A stretch of DNA of 64,000 nucleotides from an uncultured delta proteobacterium. Its GTDB lineage: Bacteria; Myxococcota; Myxococcia; Myxococcales; Myxococcaceae. The position numbers and the translations under genes were made by a program. Shown here piece by piece: positions 28,382-39,047 of the stretch. Position 1 is the first letter of the stretch; the number at the start of each line of letters is the position of its first letter. The notes beneath the pieces were generated by a model. The model made no database searches and was not told the DNA's origin. It saw only the letters and a list, made by a program, of their open reading frames with translations. The stretch lies in the NCBI GenBank assembly GCA_963776345.1, contig CAVZMH010000024.1:32001-96000 (forward strand), given 5' to 3'.

Positions 28382-29286
28382 CAGCGCGCCACCGCGCGCC
28401 GATCGAACATCCGCCACAGCCCGGGCAACCCGCCGGGCGCGGCCACCAGCACCACCACCAGCAAGGTGAAGCTGATCGCCTCCTCGTAGGAGACCGGGAT
28501 GGAGGTGTACGCCGAGGCGAAGTTCTCGATGAAGGCCAGCACCAGCGCGCCCACCGCCACGCCGGTGAAGCTCTCCATCCCGCCGAGCACGATGATGCAG
28601 AACGCCTTCAGGAGGAAGCTGCGCCCGAAGTCCGGGGTGAAGGCGTAGAGCGTGCTCATCATGCTCCCGCCCATCGCCGCGAACGCCGTTCCCAGCCCGA
28701 AGGCCACCGCGGCGATCTGCCCGGCGTTCACCCCGGAGAGCATCGCCGCGTCCCGGTTCTGGGTGACCGCGCGGATCGCCTTGCCCAGGTAGGTGCGGCG
28801 CAATACGAGATTGAGCCCCACCAGCGAGAGGATGCTCACCCCGAACACCAGGATCTGCGGCACGCCGAAGCGGCCGCCGAGCACCTCCACCGACTGCATG
28901 GTGTACGGCGTGAGGATCGACTGGGTGTCCCCGCCCCAGATGGCGTAGGCCAGGTTCTGCAGCACCAGCCACACCCCGAAGAGCAGGAGCAACGACTGCA
29001 TCGATGGCCCGGCCGCGGACCGGGGCAGCCAGCGGACGAGCGTGGCGTAGAGCGCCATGCCCAGCAGGAAGAACGCCGGCGCCACCACCAGGAGCGAGAC
29101 GAACGGGTCCATCCCGAACCGGTCGTTCAGCGCGAACGTCGCGTAGGCCGCCAGCATCATCAGCCCGGCGTGCGCCAGGTTGATGATCCGCATCACCCCG
29201 TAGATGACCGCCAGCCCGTACGACATCGTGGCGTACAGGCCGGCGGCGAGCAGCGAGTTCAGGGCGACGACGACGAGCTTCTGCAC
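28381..29286 (-). CDS. livH: Branched-chain amino acid ABC permease
   Basis: YGVMRIINLAH, GKAIRAV, VLGGM. Confidence 0.88.
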   Translation of the reverse strand: MQKLVVVALNSLLAAGLYATMSYGLAVIYGVMRIINLAHAGLMMLAAYATFALNDRFGMDPFVSLLVVAPAFFLLGMALYATLVRWLPRSAAGPSMQSLLLLFGVWLVLQNLAYAIWGGDTQSILTPYTMQSVEVLGGRFGVPQILVFGVSILSLVGLNLVLRRTYLGKAIRAVTQNRDAAMLSGVNAGQIAAVAFGLGTAFAAMGGSMMSTLYAFTPDFGRSFLLKAFCIIVLGGMESFTGVAVGALVLAFIENFASAYTSIPVSYEEAISFTLLVVVLVAAPGGLPGLWRMFDRRAVAR

Positions 29287-29309
29287 GGGACTCCCGCCCT
29301 ACCGGGGCC

Positions 29310-30509
29310 TCACTTGGTGGGGATGGGCGCGACCGGCGGCCCGGTCCGGTCTTCCTTGGGCCACACGATGTCCACCTTCCCGCCGGGCTTGTTCTGGGTC
29401 ACCACGAACGGCAGGTCGCACTGGCCGGTCTTGGTGAAGGACAGCACCTGGCCCGGGACGATGCTCTTCTCCAGCCTCAGAGCAGCGAGCGCGGCGCGGA
29501 TCTTCTCCGGGTCGAGCGAGCCCGCCTTGGAGATGGCCGTCAGGAGCGCGCGCGTCGTCTCGTGGGCCATGGCGTGGTACCACTGCGGCTCGACGCCGGT
29601 GGCCGCCTTGTAGCGGGCGTTGAAGTCCTTGACCTGGGGATAGGGCAGGAGGTCGGACCACCAGCCGCTGGCGAAGACGTAGTCCGTCGCCGGTCCGAGC
29701 GCCTTCCGCGCGGCGGTGTCGGAGCCGCGTGCCCCGTGGGTGAGCATCAGATGGTGCAGTCCCATCTGGGTGTACGTCCGGTGGATGGCGATGAAGTCCT
29801 CCAGGTGCGAGTCGGCCAGGAAGAGGTCCGTCTTCGCCTCGGCCACCCGCTGGAGCAGCGGACGGTAGTCGGTGGTGTTGAGCTCGAACTTCTCCTGGAC
29901 CGCCACCTTGTAGCCGGGGTGGCTCTTGACGAACTCGTTCACCCCCTTGGCGTAGTCGTTCCCGTGCTCGGTGTTCTCGGTCACCAGGGCGATGGTGAGC
30001 GGCGTCTTCAGCTTGCCCTGCTTCACCAGGTCGTCGAGGAAGGCCATCTGCGTCTCGGCCAGGTGCTCCACCGGCGAGAGGGTTCCGAACACCCACTTGC
30101 TCCGGCCGTAGATGGCGGTCGCCCCCGCGCCGCCGGAGAGGTACGGGACGCCGTAGCGGTCCGGCACCACCGACTGCGCCTGGACCAGGTGCGAGCCGTA
30201 GCCGCCGATGATGGCGTGCGCCTTGTTCTGGGTGATGAGCTGCTCCACCAGCTGCGCGCTCTTCGCCGCGTCGGAGGTGTCGTCGAGCAGCGACAGGTTG
30301 ACCTTCATCTTCTTGCCACCCACCTGCACGCCGCCCGCGTCGTTGGCCTCCTTCACCGCGAGCTCGGTGGCCTGCTTGTAGGCGCCGCCGATCTTCGACT
30401 CCTTGCCGGTCACCGGGAGCACCGCGCCGATCCGGATCTCGTCCTGCGCACGCGCCGGGCGCCCGAGGACGACGACCAGCAACGCTCCGAGCCAGATGTT
30501 CCGCGACAT
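29310..30509 (-). CDS. ABC substrate-binding protein (LivK family)
   Basis: Signal peptide; IRIGAVLPVTG...LAVKEAN.AGG; first gene of the liv operon. Confidence 0.85.
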   Translation of the reverse strand: MSRNIWLGALLVVVLGRPARAQDEIRIGAVLPVTGKESKIGGAYKQATELAVKEANDAGGVQVGGKKMKVNLSLLDDTSDAAKSAQLVEQLITQNKAHAIIGGYGSHLVQAQSVVPDRYGVPYLSGGAGATAIYGRSKWVFGTLSPVEHLAETQMAFLDDLVKQGKLKTPLTIALVTENTEHGNDYAKGVNEFVKSHPGYKVAVQEKFELNTTDYRPLLQRVAEAKTDLFLADSHLEDFIAIHRTYTQMGLHHLMLTHGARGSDTAARKALGPATDYVFASGWWSDLLPYPQVKDFNARYKAATGVEPQWYHAMAHETTRALLTAISKAGSLDPEKIRAALAALRLEKSIVPGQVLSFTKTGQCDLPFVVTQNKPGGKVDIVWPKEDRTGPPVAPIPTK

Positions 30510-30720
30510 GTCACCCCTCCGAGGCACAGGCGTTTTGCTCGGGACCACGTAGCACGTCCGAACGGAGCGGCCTCACCCGGAAAAGCGCGACGCGTCGCAG
30601 CACGTCTCCTGGCAGTCTCTCGAGCGCACGTGCTAAGGGCCGAGCCGCCCCGGGATCGTTCGAGCCGCTCTGCGATGCAGGCCATCTCACCCGGGGCTCA
30701 ACCCCATCAAGGAGAGAAGC

Positions 30721-31485
30721 GTGCTCAAGCGAAATGTGGCGTTGGCGATCTTCTTCGCCCTGGCGCCGGTGTTCCCGGCCCTGGCCCAGCCGGCCGGCAA
30801 CGTGGCCCTGATCAACAGGCAGACCCCGAGGCCGGGCCTGGCCGAGAAGTACGAGGCCGCCCGGAAGAAGCACATGGGCTGGCACAAGGCCCAGAAGGAC
30901 ACCTGGGGCTGGTTCACCTGGGAGGTGGTCTCCGGCGAGTCGAGCGGCACGTACTTCACCGGCACCTTCGGGCACGCCTGGAAGGACTTCGACGGCCGCG
31001 AGAAGTTCGAGCAGCAGGACGATGCAGACGTGAACAGGACCATCGGCCCGACGCTCGGACAGGTCTTCGGCAGCTACTACCTCCGCCGCGCCGACCTGAG
31101 CCTGACCCAGCCCTCCGGCGACCCGCCCTCGGCCTACAGCCTGCTGACCTACTTCCGGGTCAAGCCGGAGGGGGTGAACGACTTCGTCGAGGGGGTGAAG
31201 AAGGTCAACGAGGGGATCAAGAAGACCAGCTACCCGCAGGCCGGACCGAGCGGCTGGTTCCAGCTGGTCAACGGCGGAGAGGGGCCGCTGTTCGTGCTGT
31301 CGCAGGGTCGCGCGAGCTGGGCCGCGTTCGCCCCCAACGACAAGACGCTCGACCAGATGATGGAGGAGGCCTACGGGAAGGAGCAGGGGGCGTCGATCCT
31401 CGCCAGCCTCCGCAAGACCGTTCAGTTCACCCGCACCGAGACCATCAAGTACCGCGCCGACCTCAGCTACGTCCCGGCCAAGTAG
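30721..31485 (+). CDS. Secreted hypothetical protein with two similar halves
   Basis: Signal peptide; both halves end in (R/Y)RADLS; strong coding-type codon bias. Confidence 0.75.
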   Translation: MLKRNVALAIFFALAPVFPALAQPAGNVALINRQTPRPGLAEKYEAARKKHMGWHKAQKDTWGWFTWEVVSGESSGTYFTGTFGHAWKDFDGREKFEQQDDADVNRTIGPTLGQVFGSYYLRRADLSLTQPSGDPPSAYSLLTYFRVKPEGVNDFVEGVKKVNEGIKKTSYPQAGPSGWFQLVNGGEGPLFVLSQGRASWAAFAPNDKTLDQMMEEAYGKEQGASILASLRKTVQFTRTETIKYRADLSYVPAK

Positions 31486-31655
31486 GCCGCGACAGTCCGG
31501 GCGGTGGGCCTCGATGAGGCCTGCCGCCCCGTCGCACGCAGGGCACCCGGAGCCACACGAAACGGGTTGCACACCCCAGGGCTGACGCGTAAATCAACGC
31601 GGGTGCCTGTCGCGCTGCGTCAAGCGCCGCCGGGCCGATCTCAGGGGAGTGTCAC

Positions 31656-32453
31656 GTGAAGATCCTGGTGACCGCCAAGCGGGTCGAAGACCCGGAATCG
31701 AAGATCAAGGTGAAGGCCGACGGGTCGGGCATCGTGCAGGAGGGGCTGAAGTACAAGATCAACCCCTTCGACGAGATCGCCGTGGAGGAAGCCCTCCGCC
31801 TGGCCGCCAAGCACGGCGGCGAGGTGGTGGTTGCCAGCATCGGCCCCAAGGAAGTCCAGGAGCAGCTCCGCCACGCGCTGGCCATGGGCGCCACCAAGGC
31901 GGTCTGGGTGAACCACGCCGGGCCCCTCGACCCGATGTCCGCCGCCGCGCTCCTCAAGGGCGTCATCGAGCGCGAGAAGCCCGACCTCGCCATCCTCGGC
32001 AAGCAGAGCATCGACGACGACCAGAGCCAGACCGGCCAGTACCTCGCCGAGTGGCTGGGCTGGAGCCAGGCCACCTTCGCCTCCAAGGTCGAGTCGCTGG
32101 AGAGCGACGCGGAGAAGGCCAAGACGCCCGCCATCCAGGTCGGCCCGGACGGCAAGAGCGCGCAGGTGGTCCGCGAGGTGGACAACGGCCTGACCACCGT
32201 CTCGGTCAAGCTCCCGGCGGTGGTGACCACCGACCTCCGGCTCAACCTCCCGCGCTACGCCTCGCTCCCCGGCATCATGAAGGCCAAGAGCAAGCCCATC
32301 GAGGAGCTGACCCCGGCCACGCTCGGCGTCGACACCACGCCGCAGGTCGAGGTGCTGAAGCTCTCCGCCCCCCCGCCGCGCAAGGCCGGCATCAAGGTCG
32401 GCGACGTGCAGGAGCTGTTCACCAAGCTGAAGAACGAAGCCAAGGTCATCTGA
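31656..32453 (+). CDS. etfB: Electron transfer flavoprotein beta subunit
   Basis: INPFDEIAVEEA, ALAMGA, GKQSIDDD, PRYASLPGIMKAK. Confidence 0.95.
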   Translation: MKILVTAKRVEDPESKIKVKADGSGIVQEGLKYKINPFDEIAVEEALRLAAKHGGEVVVASIGPKEVQEQLRHALAMGATKAVWVNHAGPLDPMSAAALLKGVIEREKPDLAILGKQSIDDDQSQTGQYLAEWLGWSQATFASKVESLESDAEKAKTPAIQVGPDGKSAQVVREVDNGLTTVSVKLPAVVTTDLRLNLPRYASLPGIMKAKSKPIEELTPATLGVDTTPQVEVLKLSAPPPRKAGIKVGDVQELFTKLKNEAKVI

Positions 32454-32468
32454 GGGGAACTGAGAGCC

Positions 32469-33440
32469 ATGTCCACCGTCCTCATCGTCGCCGAGGCCCA
32501 GCCCGACGGGCACCTGCGCAAGGCCACCCTCAACGCCATCGCCGCGGGGAAGGACCTGGCGCAGAAGACCGGCGCGCCGCTCCATCTCGCCGTCCTGGCG
32601 CAGGACCCGGGCGGACTCGCCGAGCAGCTGAAGCCCTACGGCGCGGCCGTCATCCACACCGTCGCCTCCCCCGCCTTCGCCCACTACGTCGCCGAGTCCT
32701 TCGCCCCGGCGGTGGCGGCCCTGGCGACCTCCATCGGAGCGAACTTCGTTGGCGCCGCCGCCACCGCGCAGGGGCGTGACCTCCTGCCCCGCGTCGCCGC
32801 GCGCCTGAAGGCCGCCATGGCCTCCGAGGTGCTCACCTTCTCCGGCTCGGGCGCCGACATCACGTTCACCCGGCCGATGTGGGCCGGGAGCGTCATCGCC
32901 GAGGTGAAGCTGAAGACGCCGGTGAAGGTCTTCACCCTGCGCGCCACCGAGTTCTCCGCCGCCGAGCCCGCCGGCGCCGCCGCCGAGGTGAAGGCCTTCC
33001 CGCCTCCCGCCGAGGTGTCGACCGCGCCCACCCAGTTCGTCGCCTTCAACGAGGTGAAGAGCGCCCGGCCCGAGCTGACCGAGGCCAGCATCGTGGTCTC
33101 CGGCGGCCGCGGCACGAAGGGCGACTTCAAGGAGATCGAGGCCCTCGCCGACGAGCTCGGGGCCGCCGTGGGCGCCTCCCGCGCGGTGTGCGACGCCGGC
33201 TGGGTGCCCAACGACTACCAGGTGGGCCAGACCGGCAAGGTGGTGGCGCCGAAGCTGTACATCGCCGCGGGCATCTCGGGCGCCATCCAGCACCTGGCCG
33301 GGATGAAGGGGAGCAAGACCATCGTGGCCATCAACAAGGACCCCGAGGCGCCCATCTTCCAGGTCGCCGACTACGGGATCGTGGCCGACCTCTTCAAGGT
33401 CCTGCCCGAGCTCCGTGCGGCCATCCACGCGGCGAAGTGA
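32469..33440 (+). CDS. etfA: Electron transfer flavoprotein alpha subunit
   Basis: [35 protein letters not shown]. Confidence 0.95.
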   Translation: MSTVLIVAEAQPDGHLRKATLNAIAAGKDLAQKTGAPLHLAVLAQDPGGLAEQLKPYGAAVIHTVASPAFAHYVAESFAPAVAALATSIGANFVGAAATAQGRDLLPRVAARLKAAMASEVLTFSGSGADITFTRPMWAGSVIAEVKLKTPVKVFTLRATEFSAAEPAGAAAEVKAFPPPAEVSTAPTQFVAFNEVKSARPELTEASIVVSGGRGTKGDFKEIEALADELGAAVGASRAVCDAGWVPNDYQVGQTGKVVAPKLYIAAGISGAIQHLAGMKGSKTIVAINKDPEAPIFQVADYGIVADLFKVLPELRAAIHAAK

Positions 33441-34456
33441 CCACGCCGCACGCCATCCCGGACGGTGACGCGGTCCTCCGCGCCCTCGGCATCCACCGCC
33501 TGGCGATGCCGGTCCCGTTCCCCGACGCGGGCGGGCCGGTGAACGCCTACGCCATCGAGGACGGCCGGGGCGGCGTGGCGTTCTTCGACACCGGCATCGG
33601 CACACCCGAGGGCGTCGACGCGCTGCGGGCCGGCGCGGCCGCGGCCGGTCTCGACCTCCGGCGCTGCACGCACGTCCTGGTCAGCCACGGCCACGTCGAC
33701 CACTTCGGCAACGCCCAGCTCCTCTCCGAGCTGAGCGGCGCGCCGGTGCGGATCCACCCCGGCGACACCGACAAGGTGGTCGGCGAGAGCGTCTGGGAGA
33801 CCCAGGCGCCGGCCTACGTCGCCTTCCTGGGCCGGCAGGGCGTGCCCGAGGACCAGCTCCCCCGGCTCGTGGCCATGGGGCGCCACAGCGGGAAGTTCAG
33901 CCGCCGGGTCGAGCCGGAGCGGGCGCGGCCGCTGGTGGAGGGCGAGCGCTTCCAGGTGGGCAAGGTCCGTCTCGAGGTGCTCCACCTCCCGGGCCACACG
34001 CCGGGGCTGGTCTGCCTGTGGGATGCCGAGCACCGGCTGCTCTTCGCCGACGACCACCTCCTCGCCCGCACGTCGCCGAACCCGTTCCTCGAGCTCGCCG
34101 ATGCCCGGACCACCCGGCGCGCGCTGGTGCAGTACGTCCACAGCATCACCCGGGTCCGCGCGCTCGACGTGGAGTGGGTGCTGCCGGGTCACGGCGCCCC
34201 CTTCCAGGGACACCGCGCGGCCATCGACTCGCTGCTCCGCTTCTACGAGCGCCGCCAGGACAAGCTCCTCGCTGCGCTCGACGCCGGGCCGCGCACGCCG
34301 GTGGAGCTCTCGGAGACGCTGTTCGGGCCGCAGGAGGGTGCGCGGCTCTACCTCACCCTCTCCGAGGTGGTGGGGAACCTCGAGGTGCTCGAGGACGCCT
34401 CCCGCGTCCGCCGGCTCGACGACGGCCCGGTGGACCGCTGGGCGCTGGCCGCCTGA
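33437..34456 (+). CDS. MBL-fold metallo-hydrolase with a C-terminal wHTH-like region
   Basis: SHGHVDH, PGHTPG, DHLL, LPGHG; GTGA overlap with etfA. Confidence 0.88.
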   Translation: MTTPHAIPDGDAVLRALGIHRLAMPVPFPDAGGPVNAYAIEDGRGGVAFFDTGIGTPEGVDALRAGAAAAGLDLRRCTHVLVSHGHVDHFGNAQLLSELSGAPVRIHPGDTDKVVGESVWETQAPAYVAFLGRQGVPEDQLPRLVAMGRHSGKFSRRVEPERARPLVEGERFQVGKVRLEVLHLPGHTPGLVCLWDAEHRLLFADDHLLARTSPNPFLELADARTTRRALVQYVHSITRVRALDVEWVLPGHGAPFQGHRAAIDSLLRFYERRQDKLLAALDAGPRTPVELSETLFGPQEGARLYLTLSEVVGNLEVLEDASRVRRLDDGPVDRWALAA

Positions 34457-34466
34457 GCCGGCCGGT

Positions 34467-35534
34467 TCAGCCCGCGCCGTGGCAGGCCTGGGTCATCTCC
34501 TCGGGGCCGGCGTAGCGCGGGAGCGGCGCACCCTCTCCCCCGGGCGGCAGGCGCTTGGCCCCCGAGGCCTTCTCGATCTCCCCCACCAGCCGCCAGTAGG
34601 CCTCCTTCGGCGGGACTCCCGGGTAGAGCCGGTCGAGTCCGAGGTCGCCCAGGCTGGCGCGGAGCACGGTGGCGCCCGTCTCTCCCTCGGCCCAGGCGAC
34701 GACCAGATCGGTGAGCACGGTGCTGCGGCCGTCGGCGGCGGGCACGACGCCCAGCGCGAGGCCGAGGATCTTCCGGAACGGGAGCGGGCGGGTGCCGTTG
34801 CGGTTCACCACCAGCAGCGCCCCGTCCGCGACGCCCTCGACCCGCACCGGCACGATGCGCGGGGGGGGCCGGGGCGCCGGCGGCGCCTCGTCGTGCAGGG
34901 ACGGGCGGAGCTCGAACTCGAGGCGCGTGTCCTCCGGCGGAAGCTCGATGCTCCGCGGCTCCTCGGGGAGGAACTTCTTGAGGAGCACCGTGACCCGGCG
35001 CTGCAGCTCGGGCTCGCTGGCGGTCAGGTTCGCCGCGGCCGAGAGGGCCGGGACCTTGGGCTCTGGGTCGAGCTCGAGCGAGCGGACCCGCGCCTTGAGA
35101 CCGACCAGCCCGTCCGCGGCCGCAGCCACCTCGTAGTACGGGCGCGCGCCCTGCCGATCGCCCTCGGCGTCCAGCCGCTGCGCCACCCGCCAGGCGATGG
35201 TCGGCCGCAGCACGCGCGCCTCCGCCGCCGGACCGAGCTCCTCGAGCGTCACCCGGAGGAGCTCGGTGGTCCCGCCGATCGCCTGCGCCAGGACCTGCTC
35301 CACCAGTGCTCCCGAGCCGGGGTCCGCGAGCAGGAACCCGGCACGTGCCAGGCCGGCCTTGGCGTCGAGTTGGTCCGGGCGCTCGGCCAGCACCCGCGAG
35401 AACGCCTCCCGCGCGGCGGCCGCGTCGTCCTTCGAGAGCGCCTCCTTGCCCACGAAGTACTCGGAGTGCTGCGACCACTCCACGCCGCGCTCCGCCGCGG
35501 GCGGGACAATCGTCTTGAGAAAGTTCCGAAGCAA
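34467..35534 (-). CDS. Hypothetical helical/TPR-like protein
   Basis: Ala/Leu-rich TPR-like N-terminal half; TTG start uncertain. Confidence 0.55.
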   Translation of the reverse strand: MLRNFLKTIVPPAAERGVEWSQHSEYFVGKEALSKDDAAAAREAFSRVLAERPDQLDAKAGLARAGFLLADPGSGALVEQVLAQAIGGTTELLRVTLEELGPAAEARVLRPTIAWRVAQRLDAEGDRQGARPYYEVAAAADGLVGLKARVRSLELDPEPKVPALSAAANLTASEPELQRRVTVLLKKFLPEEPRSIELPPEDTRLEFELRPSLHDEAPPAPRPPPRIVPVRVEGVADGALLVVNRNGTRPLPFRKILGLALGVVPAADGRSTVLTDLVVAWAEGETGATVLRASLGDLGLDRLYPGVPPKEAYWRLVGEIEKASGAKRLPPGGEGAPLPRYAGPEEMTQACHGAG

Positions 35535-35626
35535 TCGCGACCCCCGTCCCGTTTTAGTTGAACACCCCCTTCGCGGCGACCGGTTCGTCGAGACACTGGG
35601 GCGGGTGGAGGCTGACCCGGGCACCT

Positions 35627-36211
35627 TCAGCCGTGGCCGCGTGTGCCCGCGGGCTCTTCGCTCTCGCGTCGAACGGCGGGGAGCAGCACCCGCCGGATGA
35701 GAAGGATGCCCGGGCTGAATATCCACCAGTAGCGGCGGAAGCGCCGCCGCGCCTCCTCGTCCGTCGCCTCCACGCGCGTCTCGGTGCGGAAGAGCGAGCC
35801 GCCCGGTCGCAGCGGGTCCGGCTCGGCCTCGAGCGTCCAGACGATCTTCACCTGCCCCGGCTCGGCGAAGGCGAGGAAGCGCTCCGGCGGCACCGGCACG
35901 AACCGCACCTCTGCCTCCCAGGGCCGGGTCACCGCGCCCACCACCCGCTGCCGGCCCGGCTCGACGGCCAGGGTTTCCCAGCCGATGGCGGTCATCTCCT
36001 CGAGCAGCCCCCGGCGGGAGCGCGGTGCCGCGGACCGGGCGCCCAGCAGCCACGCGCGGACGCGGAAGAGGACGCGGACCAGGGTGAGCGACTCGAGGTC
36101 GAAGGACTCGGCCACCTCGAGGACCCGTTCCGGCGTGGCCGCGATGCGGATCTCGTGCACCTTCCGAACGTCCGCCACGGGCATGAAGCGGTCGATGAGC
36201 CGTTCTCCCAT
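35627..36211 (-). CDS. Hypothetical protein (DUF2867/SRPBCC-like)
   Basis: LIDRFMP..DVR..H, TETRVEATD..ARRRFRRYW...PGI.LIRR. Confidence 0.7.
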   Translation of the reverse strand: MGERLIDRFMPVADVRKVHEIRIAATPERVLEVAESFDLESLTLVRVLFRVRAWLLGARSAAPRSRRGLLEEMTAIGWETLAVEPGRQRVVGAVTRPWEAEVRFVPVPPERFLAFAEPGQVKIVWTLEAEPDPLRPGGSLFRTETRVEATDEEARRRFRRYWWIFSPGILLIRRVLLPAVRRESEEPAGTRGHG

Positions 36212-36231
36212 CCCGGTCTCCGGGCGTCCGC

Positions 36232-37858
36232 TCAGCGCTTCTCGCGGAGGTCCACCCGGCGGATCTTCCCGCTCACCGTCTTGGGCAGCTCGGAGACGAA
36301 GGAGATCTCTCGCGGGTACTTGTACGGTGCGGTGGTCCGCTTCACGTGGTTCTGGATCTCGATGGCCAGCGTGTCCGAGGGGACCACGCTGGGCTTGAGG
36401 ACCACGAAGGCCTTGATGCGTTGCCCGAGCTTCTCGTCGGGCACGCCCACCACCGCCGACTCGGCGACCGCCGGGTGCTCCAGGAGGGCCGACTCGACCT
36501 CGAAGGGGCCCACCCGGTACCCGGAGGTCTTGATGACGTCGTCCGAGCGTCCGACGAACCAGAGGTAGCCGTCCTCGTCCCGCACCGCGCGGTCGCCGGT
36601 GACGTAGAAGTCGCCACGGAACGCGGCGGCGTTGGTGGCCTCGTCGCCCAGGTACCCGGCGAACATCCCCACCGGGCGCCGGGGCTTGACCCGGACGGCG
36701 ATGTCGCCCTCCTGGCCCGCCGGCACCTCGCTTCCCATTGTGGTCGATGATCCGCACGTCGAAGCCCGGTGACGGCTTCCCCATCGACCCGGGCTTGAAG
36801 GGGAGGCACTGGAACATGCCGACCACGGCCACGGTCTCGGTCTGGCCGTAGCCCTCGCGGATGGTGAGCCCGGTGGCGCGCTTCCAGGCGTCGATGACCT
36901 CGGGATTCAGCGGCTCACCGGCGCTCACCACGTGCCGGAGCGCGGGGAAGGTCCACTTCTTGAGATCTTCGAGCACGATGGCCCGCCAGGCGGTGGGCGG
37001 GGCACAGAAGGTCGTCACCTTCTCCCGGGCCAGGAGGTCCAGGATGGCGCGGCCCTCGAAGCGGCCGCGGAAGTCGTAGACCACGGAGCACGCGCCCTGG
37101 CTCCACGGGCCGAACACCTTGCCCCAGGCGCACTTGGCCCAGCCGGTGTCCGAGAGGGTGAAGTGGACGTCGTCCGGCCCGAGGTCCAGCCAGTACTTGC
37201 CGGTGATGGCGTGCCCGATGCCATAGCTGGCGTGGGTCTGGGGCACCATCTTGGGCATCCCGGTGGTGCCGCTGGTGAAGTACACCAGCATCCGGTCGTC
37301 GGCGGCGGTGTCGGGGAACTCGGCGGCGCGGGCCCCGTCCACCGTCTGGGTGCGGAAGCGGACCCAGGGCACCGGGGCCTCGTCGGTGCAGACCCAGGCG
37401 ATGACGTCGGAGTGCGCGCCGACCTCGAACTTGGGCAGGTGCTCGGGGGTGGTGACCACGGCCCGGGCCCGCCCCAGCTCCAGCCGGTACTTCACGTCCT
37501 TCCCGGTGAGCATGGTGGTGCCGGGCATGAGCACCAGATTCGCCCGCATGCAGCCGAGGGCCAGGATCCACCACTCGGCCAGCCGGGGCAGCATGGTGAA
37601 GACGCCGTCGCCCGGCCGCAGCCCCAGGTCGCGGAGGAAGAGCGCGGCGTGCACCGACCGCTCCGCCAGCTCGCGCCAGCTGAAGACCTTCCGGTTGCCC
37701 CGGTCGTCGCAGTGGAGCATCGCCGGGGCGTCCGGCCGCTCGCTGGCCCAGCGGTCCACCACGTCGATGGCGAAGTTGAAGCGCTCGGGCCGGTCCCACC
37801 TGAAGGCGGCGACCTCCGCCTCGTAGTCGCTCATGTTCCGCGGCAGACGCTCACCCAT
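36232..37858 (-). CDS. Medium-chain acyl-CoA synthetase (AMP-binding; frameshift near 36733)
   Basis: YFTSGTTGMPK, SAGEPLNP, GYGQTET; second frame TGD, GRSDDVIK, ELPKTVSGKIRR. Confidence 0.9.
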
Positions 37859-37937
37859 GGCCACGCACCTCCGGTCGATCCGACCTTTAGCAGCTTGATC
37901 CAGGGATGGGGACCGGCGAGAAGCACCCCCTCCGCCC

Positions 37938-39047
37938 GTGACTGCCACCTCCGAGCGTCCCCGCCCGAGCGGCGCGGACATCGTCTTCCTGGTCCTGCTG
38001 GTGTTCATGCCGGCCGCGGTGGTGGCCGCCTGGCTTCACGCCGGGACCCTGGTCTTCGTCCTGGCGGCCCTGGCACTGGTTCCCCTGGCGCGGTGGATCG
38101 GCACGGCGACGGAGGCGGTGGCGTGCCATCTGGGCCCCGGGCTGGGGGGGCTGCTCAACGCGACCTTCGGCAACGCCGCCGAGCTCATCGTGGGCATCGC
38201 CGCGCTGAAGGCCGGTCAGACGGCGGTGGTGAAGGCCTCCATCACCGGGAGCATCCTCGGGAACCTCCTCTTCGTCTTCGGCGCCACGGTGCTGGTGGCG
38301 GGCCTCAAGGAGCCGCGGCCGAGGTTCAACGCCACCGCCGCGCTCTCCAGCTCGGCGCTCATGTACCTGGCGGTGGTGGGGCTGGTGGTGCCGGACCTGT
38401 TCCACGCCACGCTCGGGGAGCGGGTGACGCACCTGATGCGTCCCCTCTCTCTCCTGGTGTCGATCATCCTGGTCTCGCTGTACGGGCTGAGCCTGCTGTT
38501 CTCGCTCCGGACGCACTCCCAGCTGTTCGAGGGCACGGATCCGCTCGAGCCGGAGCTGGAGTCCGAGACGATGGTCGGGTCCCGTCCCTGGTCGGTGGGG
38601 CTCGGGCTCACGGTGCTGCTCGCCTCCACCGCCGCCACGGTGGTGGTCTCGGAGCTGCTCGTCGGCTCCCTGGACACGGTCATCCAGGGCTGGGGGCTCA
38701 CCCCGACCTTCGTGGGCGTCATCGTCATCGCGGTGGTGGGCAACGCCGCCGAGCACAGCACGGCGGTCCTCATGGCCCTGGAGAGGAAGCTCGAGGTCGG
38801 GCTGACCATCTGCTTCGAGAGCAGCAAGCAGATCGCGCTGCTGGTCGCGCCGCTGCTGCTCTTCCTCTCCGGGCCGCTGGGGCACCCCATCACCCTCGAG
38901 TTCAGCCACCTCGAGGTGCTGTCGCTCGCGCTCGCCGTCGGCGCCACCGCCCTGGTGACGCTCGACGGAGAGACCCACTGGCTCGAGGGGGCGATGCTGA
39001 TCGGCGTCTACGCCATCCTGGCCCTGGTCTTCTTCTTCGTCCCGTGA
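37938..39047 (+). CDS. cax: Ca2+/H+ antiporter
   Basis: Two alpha repeats: NATFGNAAEL, GSILGNLL and VGNAAEH. Confidence 0.9.
   Translation: MTATSERPRPSGADIVFLVLLVFMPAAVVAAWLHAGTLVFVLAALALVPLARWIGTATEAVACHLGPGLGGLLNATFGNAAELIVGIAALKAGQTAVVKASITGSILGNLLFVFGATVLVAGLKEPRPRFNATAALSSSALMYLAVVGLVVPDLFHATLGERVTHLMRPLSLLVSIILVSLYGLSLLFSLRTHSQLFEGTDPLEPELESETMVGSRPWSVGLGLTVLLASTAATVVVSELLVGSLDTVIQGWGLTPTFVGVIVIAVVGNAAEHSTAVLMALERKLEVGLTICFESSKQIALLVAPLLLFLSGPLGHPITLEFSHLEVLSLALAVGATALVTLDGETHWLEGAMLIGVYAILALVFFFVP

Noticed and set aside
35627..38008. 793-aa ORF suggesting an acyl-CoA synthetase fused to a DUF2867-like domain
   Set aside because: A frameshift near 36733 moves the synthetase out of frame; its true C-terminus is in the 36232-36738 frame with its own stop
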